Shown here piece after piece: positions 9,941 through 16,903 of a stretch of DNA of 16,903 nt (position 1 is the stretch's first letter; every line of letters starts with the position of its first letter). The stretch is from the NCBI RefSeq assembly GCF_006345805.1, contig NW_021824897.1, positions 1 through 16,903 of the forward strand, in the 5' to 3' direction. The notes beneath the pieces were generated by a model. That model was not told where the DNA came from. It saw nothing but the letters and a program-made list of their open reading frames with translations, and searched no databases. Position numbers and translations under genes: made by a program. Origin of the DNA: Octopus sinensis. Lineage: Eukaryota.

Positions 9941-9986
<46 letters not shown>
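9869..9986. repeat. (CT)n then (TATC)n microsatellite
   Basis: Direct reading; ends at the 5' junction of the Tx1-type element. Confidence 0.95.
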
Positions 9987-9987
<1 letters not shown>

Positions 9988-11280
9988 GCGCTGAGACTGC
10001 AACATCTCTGGCTCTACGTAGACGACGGTGAACAGGTGTGGTCGCCGTTTGTGAGGCACGCTTTCCCGCAGCTCGTCTCCATGACCGAACTGCAGTCGTG
10101 GATCAAAAAGAGGCCGAGGAAGGGCGAATGGCACCGCGAGTGTCGCGTTGCTCTCAAGCAACTCTGCCGCCCTGGGTCGACCTTGAGTGACTTCAACACA
10201 ACCAAAGCATTCTATAGGGGATTAGTGGAGGGGAGGTACGACGACGAGCTCGGGGCGAACCTGGACGTCGACGGGAGTACCTGACCCGCCTGTTCAGGAC
10301 GACTTTCGGGCCAGGGCCGATGGACAAACGTCAGAGATCCCTGGCCTGGCAGTGTTACCGAGAAGCGCCACCCGTTCGGGATAAGCTCTACAGACACGGC
10401 TCGAGAAACACGGAGCCGACCTGCCCGAGATGCGGTAAGAGCGACGAAACCGTTCTGCACGCACTCGTGCAGTGTCCCAACAATTTCCGACCTGTGGGCT
10501 TATGTCGAACAACTGCTGTCCGTGGGACGAGTCGGTTTATCAGCTGAGTCTATCGTCAATATTGTCACGCCTCCTTCCTTCAAACGGGAAGGAAGAGCTA
10601 TTTTCATCATCCTTGTGGCTATGGCGAAAGAATGTATCTGGTGGACGCGTCTGAAAGGATTGGAGACAAACACTTTCCTCTCTGGTCAATCTCTCATCAA
10701 CTTCTTCAAGTACCACTTGAAAAGGAAAGTGAGAGTAGAGAGGCAAGTTTTGTCTAGCGAATGTTTTAAAAAAAGATGGGTGAATGTAGCAAGGATGGCA
10801 CGTATGATAATCCTATGAACCCAGAAATTGAAAACAGAGGCTTACCCACTTGCAAACAAATGTGGTAACATATAACAATATTGACCAAGGTTACCGTGAT
10901 CTTTTTCGTAGGCTTTCTCTTCCACAGGATAAACCTTACTTGCTTTCCCCTTTACACCAATATATCATAACACTGTGATACACGATCCCTATTGATCGTT
11001 CTTTTTTTTTCCTCTTCCCCTTTTTTCCCCTTTTTCTTCTTTTTTCATTTCTCTTTTCTTTTGTTCTTTTCATTTTTCTTTTTCTTTTTTTTATTCTTTT
11101 TATTTTTTATTTTATTTTATTTTTTTGTGTTTTTTTTTGTTTTTTGTTCTTTTCTTCCCTTTTACGATCCCTCTTGATCGAAAACCTACGCCACCCCCCT
11201 TTTTTTTCATCCCCCAAAAGAAAAGCTCTACCTTATAACTTGTCCCATCTGTGTGCAGCCCTGTGTGGCCATAAAGAAAC
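9988..11280 (+). mobile_element. 5'-truncated L1/Tx1-clade non-LTR retrotransposon: ORF2 C-terminus (zf-RVT-type CCHC) plus ~460 bp 3' UTR
   Basis: Frame open 9988-10284, shifts near 10273 to ...SLAWQCYREAPPVRDKLYRHG..CPRCGKSDETVLHALVQC (C-x2-C-x8-H-x4-C, 10422-10475), shifts back near 10482 to ISDLWAYVEQLLSVGRV...AKECIWWTRLK...KRWVNVARMARMIIL* (stop ends 10818). The W..RN-like, LW.YV and KRW positions match the L1/Tx1 ORF2 end. The 3' UTR ends ...ataaagaaac into (TATC)n. Confidence 0.85.
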
Positions 11281-11310
11281 TTATCTATCTATCTATCTAT
11301 CTATCTATCA

Positions 11311-11350
<40 letters not shown>

Positions 11351-11383
11351 CTCTATCTATCTATCTATCTATCTCTCTTTCTC

Positions 11384-11431
<48 letters not shown>
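11281..11431. repeat. (TATC)n microsatellite
   Basis: Direct reading. Confidence 0.95.
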
Positions 11432-11975
11432 ATGGACGGACGATAGTAAGCTTGCCTTTTTATTGCCTTCAAAGGTTTGTGTTTAGATAATATTTTTTAT
11501 GTAAAAGTCGTGCAACAACTCATAAATACATTCGGTTGTGCAAATTCTTTGCACGGGAAACCTGCCTTTGTGTGGCGTGTTTCCCCATTTTTTAAAATTC
11601 GTCTTCGGCTTTCTTAACCATTTCTGTTTTGGGCATGGCGACTTCAAAGCTATGAAATCGTTGTCAAGAAGAACGCTGGTCTCCTTGACAACGCTTACGA
11701 CGTTGATTTCCCTACCCTGCCTTCCCCACTGCTTCACGAGGGAGGGAAAGAAGGGGAGGAGCAACACAGGTGCAGGTGTGAGCACGGACGCCGACACACA
11801 AAGAATTGGAAGAACCCAGACGACAGCTTCACAGTCAAACGACTTCTACTACGGACAACTCTGGCACAAACATCACCAACATCACCACCACTAGCACCAC
11901 TACCACCATGACCACCACCACCACCACCACACCACCACCACCACCACCACCACCACCACCACCACCACCACCACC
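11432..11975 (+). mobile_element. Candidate 5' end of the Tx1-type element (5' UTR plus broken ORF1 N-terminus)
   Basis: Non-repetitive, CpG-containing segment between (TATC)n arrays. ATG at 11635 in a ggcATGG context reads MATSK, then after one extra base YEIVVKKNAGLLDNAYDVDFPTLPSP..., running into a Thr/Pro-rich (CCA)n tract. Assignment to ORF1 is inference. Confidence 0.4.
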
Positions 11976-12003
11976 TGCCTGTCTATCTATCTCTATCTAT
12001 CTA

Positions 12004-12034
<31 letters not shown>

Positions 12035-12238
12035 TTGTTCCTTTTCCTTTTTTCTTTTTTTCTTTTTTTTCTTTTATTTTTTGTTCTTTTCTTTCCCTTT
12101 TACGATCTCTTTTGATCGAAAACCTACGCCACCTTTTTTTGTTTCTTTTGTTTTTTGTTTTTTTCATCCCCCAAAAGAAAAGCTCTACCTTGTAACTTGT
12201 CCCATCTGTGTGCAGCCCTGTGTGGCCAATAAAGAAAC
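12035..12238 (+). mobile_element. Second copy of the Tx1-type 3' UTR end
   Basis: Near-identical to 11130-11280: acgatc...gatcgaaaacctacgccacc...catcccccaaaagaaaagctctacctt.taacttgtcccatctgtgtgcagccctgtgtggccaataaagaaac. Preceded by (TATC)/(TGTC)n at 11978-12034 and followed by (TATC)n. Confidence 0.85.
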
Positions 12239-12500
<262 letters not shown>

Positions 12501-12925
12501 ACAGACCAATAAACAAAAGTAAATGAAAAGATAAATAAATACACAGACAGATAAGGCGATGGTCACTCCGCCAGATACAGTATTAAAATGGCGAGATTTA
12601 TCATCGAGCTGTCGTCTGTTGAAACAGGTGAATGCCGAGTTTTGGTCCGGCGTGCTTCGGCATACTAATAGAAGCACAGCCGTGACACACACCTTCACAG
12701 CTTAATTGCAGAAAGCGAAGTGAGACGGAGAAACGTATACAGGCATTATCTTCACTAATAGCCGTGATTGTTTTGTCGTTTGAAATTTTATTCCAGTATA
12801 TATATATATTTTTTTTGGTTTTGTGTACACACCTGCAATAATGGTTGGATAAGGTGTCGGATAATCAGCTGCCGCTTTCGTTTTGGTGAGCATATATATA
12901 TACATGTGTGTGTGTGTATGCATGA

Positions 12926-12928
<3 letters not shown>

Positions 12929-12994
<66 letters not shown>

Positions 12995-12995
12995 A

Positions 12996-13035
<40 letters not shown>

Positions 13036-13556
13036 ATAAATATTATATATATATATATATATAATATATATAATATATATATATATCGACATAATATATA
13101 TATATTATATATATGGTATGCGTATAGGTATGTATATATCTATTTGTATATAGGTATGTATGTGTACCTATGTAGATAGATGTATGTATATATGGATGTA
13201 GAGGTATGTGTGTGTATCTGTCTATTTTTATGTATACGTATGTGTAAACATGTATGTATATTTATAAAAATACAAATATAAGCGTACCTATATGTACAAA
13301 CACACATATATGAATACATGGATATATATATATATGTTTTATATTTCTAATTTTATATATATATAATACACCAAAGTAAGCATGTTTGTGTGTGTACATA
13401 CATCCAAATATATATATAATATATATATATATTATATATATATATTATATTATAATATATAATATATGTATGTATATATATAATGATATATTATATATAT
13501 ATTATATATGATATATATATATATAATATACGTGTATGTGTGTATGTATATGTATG

Positions 13557-13595
<39 letters not shown>

Positions 13596-13620
13596 GTATG
13601 TATATATAATATATATATGA
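12929..13620. repeat. (TATC)n (12929-13034) followed by a TA/TATG low-complexity tract
   Basis: Direct reading. Confidence 0.9.
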
Positions 13621-13790
13621 CTGTGTCTTTTTTTCTTCCTCTTTTTCCGATCGTGAAGATTTTTTATACCGTATTTGATGGTAATTCAGACGCACTGCCC
13701 CACCTCCCCAAATATGCCCCCAAAATTTTCTCTGGGTCTTATAAACGAAGATAGGCTGAGACTGTTTTAAATATTACATATATTTAATAT

Positions 13791-14000
13791 GGCAAGCTGG
13801 CCGAATCGTTAGCGCATTGGAAAAAATGCTTTGCGGTATCTCGCCTGTCTTTGCGTTCTGAGTTCAAATTCCGCCGAGGTCGAGTTTGCATTTCTTCATT
13901 TCGGTGTCGATGAAATAAGTACCAGTTACGCACTGGGGTCGATGTAATAGACTTAACCCTCACCTGAAATTGCTGGCCTTGCGCCAAAATTTGAAACTAA
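13791..14000 (+). mobile_element. tRNA-derived SINE, family A (tail type 2), nested in the MITE
   Basis: ggcaagctggccgaatcgttagc...gagttcaaattccgccgaggtcgagtttgc...gtcgatgaaataagtaccagttacgcactggggtcgatgtaatagactt, then tail aaccctcacctgaaattgctggccttgcgccaaaatttgaaac. Confidence 0.85.
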
Positions 14001-14017
14001 CATTTCAGTTTTATTTT

Positions 14018-14100
14018 GGCCAGAGAGCTGGAAGGTTCGTTAGAACGACGTATAAAATGTTTAGCGGTATTTTGTCTGTCATTAAATTTGAAACAAATAT
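14018..14100 (+). mobile_element. Internally deleted family A SINE (head fused to extreme tail)
   Basis: ggccagagagctggaaggttcgttagaacgacgtataaaatgtttagcggtattttgtctgtcatt (head-like) joined directly to aaatttgaaacaaatat (tail type 2 end). Confidence 0.55.
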
Positions 14101-14247
14101 TACATACTTTAAAGCACTAAAATCCTGTTTTCTTTTCTTGAATATGCACTGCTGAAGTGGGGGGGGGGTGCATCTAATACGCCCGTGCATCTAATGCAAC
14201 CGTGTGTCTGATGTGACCTCGCGTCTTTTGCGCCATCAAATACGGTA

Positions 14248-14648
14248 TACTCTTACTCTTTTACTTGTTTCAGTCATTTGACTGCGGCCATGCTGGAGCA
14301 CCGCCTTTAGTCGAGCAAATCGACCCCGGGACTTATTCTTTGTAAGCCCAGTACTTATTCTATCGGTCTCTTTTGCCGAACCGCTAAGTGACGGGGACGT
14401 AAACACACCAGCATCGGTTGTCAAGCAATGCTAGGGGGACAAACACAGACACACAAACACATACACACTTATATATACATATATACGACAGGCTTCTTTC
14501 AGTTTCCGTCTACCAAATACACTCACAAGGCATTGGTCGGCCCGGGGCTATAGCAGAAGACACTTGCCCAAGATGCCACGCAGTGGGACTGAACCCGGAA
14601 CCATGTGGTTGGTTAGCAAGCTACTTACCACACAGCCACTCCTGCGCC
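14248..14648 (-). mobile_element. tRNA-derived SINE, family B, full length (~400 bp)
   Basis: Minus strand ggcgcaggagtggctgtgtggtaag (A box), gggttcagtccc (B box), gtggcatcttgggcaagtg (resembles the start of the CORE/MIR domain), internal microsatellite, tail ggcggtgctccagcatggccgcagtcaaatgactgaaacaagtaaaagagtaagagta. Confidence 0.9.
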
Positions 14649-15284
14649 TATTCATGTAGATTCACTGGATAAGATTTTTTTACGAGCAACACTTTTGTTA
14701 ATGGTTTAGTTAGTGTAGACTTGATTTATGACGAATTATTGTGTAAGAAGCGAGAACATTAGTGGAGGTGTGCACCCACCTATAAAAAGAACCAAAGGAA
14801 AATTTCAAGGGTGAATTTATAACTTTTGAAGTTGTCCTGTGTTTTGGTCAATGCTTTAGCTCTTATGACATCAATCCTGTTTTTCTATTTCAACTCTGAT
14901 TTCGGAATCATTCGTTATTCATATATTTTCGTTTGTAGGTTCCCAAACTCTTCATTACTGTCAAGATTCTATGCATCTCTTCTTGCTCAAATCCTTCATG
15001 GGCGTCTTATGTGATATTTATGGAGTGAGAGTTGAAGAAAATTTCCTGACTTGAAGATCTCACTTGACGCATTCACTACCGCAATTCATCCCCCACCACA
15101 ATGTTTTTAACTGCTTTATATTCATTGGTGTTTCTGATTTGCAATTTGAAGTCATCCAAACGCACGGAATCACTTAACAGCTTTATTTATCAGAAGGGAA
15201 TGATTCTTGCACGTGATCCATAAGTAAATTTTCCCGAAAGTTTGATGTTGGTTGAAAAATAATTTATAAATGTCAACATACTTA

Positions 15285-15698
15285 GGCGCATGAGTGGCTG
15301 TGTGGTAAGTAGCTTGCTAACCAACCACATGGTTCCGGGTTCAGTCCCACTGCGTGGCATCTTGGGCAAGTATCTTCTGCTATAGCCCCGGGCCGACCAA
15401 TGCCTTGTGAGTGGATTTGGTATACAGAAACTGAAATAAACCTGTTGTATATATATGTATATATATGTATATGTATGTGTATGTGTTTGTGTGTCTGTGT
15501 TTGTACCCCTAGCATTGCTTGACAACCGATGCTGGTGTGTTTATGTCCCCGTCACTTAGCGGTTCGGCAAAAGAAACCGATAGAATATGTACTGGGCTTA
15601 CAAAGAATAAGTCATGGGGTCGATTTGCTCGACTAAAGGCGGTGCTCCAGCATGGCCGCAGTCAAATGACTGAAACATCTAAAAGAGTAAAGAGTATA
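15285..15698 (+). mobile_element. tRNA-derived SINE, family B, full length
   Basis: About 95% identical to the reverse complement of 14248-14648 (about 16 substitutions plus indels by manual count). Possible short TSD atactt (15278-83 and near 15696). Confidence 0.9.
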
Positions 15699-15864
15699 CT
15701 TCAAAACCTTACGTTGAAGAATATCATCAAAAGATTTAATAAATCTGCTCCGTACTAAAAGATAAATTTCAGTTGAGCTAAACAGAGATTTTTAATCCGT
15801 TTATCAAACAGAAGCTTACGTTGACTTTTGTAAAGTAAACCTTTAAAATCCAAGATAACTGGCG

Positions 15865-16128
15865 ATGATCTGCGTTGAAACTGGAAAAGTGAATTCAGGC
15901 TCAAAACAAAAAAAATCACTGCAGCACTATTTCGTTTCCTCAACAGTACTTTCTCTATTTAACATTATTCCAGAACAAGTAAAAGAGGAGAAAGGCTCCA
16001 CCACCTTCGAACGAAACCTGGACAAACTTCTTCAAGGGACACCAGACAAGCCACTTATACCTGGATAAATCGCAGCCAACAACAACTCCCTACTTGAATC
16101 GGCCGTGATACAACAAAACTTCACTTAA
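15865..16128 (+). pseudogene. 3' end of a CR1-group LINE ORF2, degenerate
   Basis: SLFNIIPEQVKEEKGSTTFERNLDKLLQGTPDKPLIPG*IAANNNSLLE... matches the CR1-group C-terminal pattern (LFN.LP..I......FK..LD.FL..IPD.P..PG.....NSL.). In-frame stops at 16066-68 and 16126-28. Confidence 0.65.
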
Positions 16129-16161
16129 AAAGGATTCACCAAATCCTATCATAATAATAAT

Positions 16162-16325
16162 AATACTGCACTAAACTAAACGCAAAAGAAATAGACAAAG
16201 AAAAATCCCAGCAATGGCTGAGAAGCTCAGGACTCAAAGCAGAAACAGAGGGATTTTTAATTGCAGCACAAGACCAAAGCCTCCCCACCAGAAATTACCA
16301 AAAACATGTAATGAAAAGAAATATT
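16162..16325 (+). mobile_element. R4/Dong-clade fragment (region just upstream of the CCHC knuckle), 5' junction in (TAA)n
   Basis: YCTKLNAKEIDKEKSQQWLRSSGLKAETEGFLIAAQDQSLPTRNYQKHVMKRNI; the WL..G.L..ETEG...AAQDQ.L.TRNY motif is typical of R4/Dong ORFs. Starts right after ataataataataat (16150-16163). Confidence 0.8.
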
Positions 16326-16492
16326 AAGTTAAACATGGACTGGGTCAATCTTTGGCCAAAAGACATCTAAGTTATCATAAAGCTTTCTGGGAGTCAATGA
16401 GTTTGGAAGGTTGTGGGAATGGAGATTGACGTTTCGGGGAGGGACTTTGTCTGAAATATCAGTGCATTGTACACAGTAAGTGGCCTCTTTTT

Positions 16493-16811
16493 TCAGGGAC
16501 CATTTTAGCGGGATGGACTACTCGACCGGAAGAAAAATTCTAACTGGGCCCTACCGGCAAGGTCATGCACTGTTTATCTTGATATGAGATTACCATGTCA
16601 CGCACATGTGGTTGTAATGCATGTGCCTGGAGTACCCTTATCAGACGGGTAGTCATGATGGGTATATTGGGCTTCCTATATTTGTACCCCAGTGTCACTT
16701 TGATGGCATGCACTGCTCTCTCACACAATAATATAATAATATAATAATAATAATAATAATAATATAATAATAATAATAATAATAATAATTAAATATAATG
16801 ATAATAATAAA
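16493..16811 (+). mobile_element. Probable non-LTR retroelement 3' UTR with (AAT)n tail (16727-16811)
   Basis: GC-balanced non-coding segment ending ...gcatgcactgctctctcacac directly into a long (AAT)n. I recall it as a recurrent octopus repeat, but the family is not established from this window. Confidence 0.45.
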
Positions 16812-16903
16812 CTGGACCACCTAATCTCTGGATGTAAAGTCTATTACTACCTGTATTTTAATTTAAACTTTAAAAAAAATGAACGAACTATTGAGTTTTG
16901 TTT

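Larger units (their letters stand above)
13669..14245. mobile_element. Tc1/mariner-superfamily MITE, Tc2-like termini, TA target duplication, with nested SINEs
   Basis: TA(13667-68)|ccgtatttgatggtaattcagacgcac ... gcgtcttttgcgccatcaaatacgg|TA(14246-47). 13 bp perfect TIR ccgtatttgatgg plus agacgc further in; subterminal gtgcatctaat x2 near 14168-14195. CCGTAT termini are characteristic of Tc2-type elements. Confidence 0.75.

Noticed and set aside
15285-15350. tRNA genes at the SINE heads (also 1930-2008, 13791-13875, 14585-14648)
   Set aside because: A/B-box-like motifs are present, but no complete cloverleaf or acceptor stem, and each continues into SINE body sequence.
14246-15700. Composite transposon with SINE B copies as long TIRs and a GTATAC duplication
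   Set aside because: The left GTATAC is formed by the MITE end plus its TA duplication and the SINE tail; the right one is tail plus flank. Two independent insertions explain it.

Overview
This is AT-rich, microsatellite-dense eukaryotic DNA. The SINE families look like those I recall from Octopus genomes, so the host is probably an octopod cephalopod (inference). I cannot support any host protein-coding exon, tRNA/rRNA gene or CRISPR array; nearly all supplied ORFs are simple repeats or SINEs read in frame. The window is a stack of mobile elements: two copies of a non-autonomous Helitron, two tRNA-derived SINE families (8 copies or fragments), a Tc2-like MITE with nested SINEs, a possible Kolobok-type TTAA element, R4/Dong (RLE) fragments sitting in (TAA)n, a CR1-like 3' end, a faint RTE relic, and an L1/Tx1-clade element. 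The best candidate for an undescribed system is the Tx1-type element: two 3'-end pieces and a candidate 5' end are each bounded on both sides by (TATC)n/(GATA)n-type arrays, suggesting GATA-microsatellite-specific integration. Also notable are a ~100 bp inverted repeat carrying a hammerhead-like core (Penelope-like origin possible) and a ~95% identical inverted SINE pair that could form a long dsRNA.
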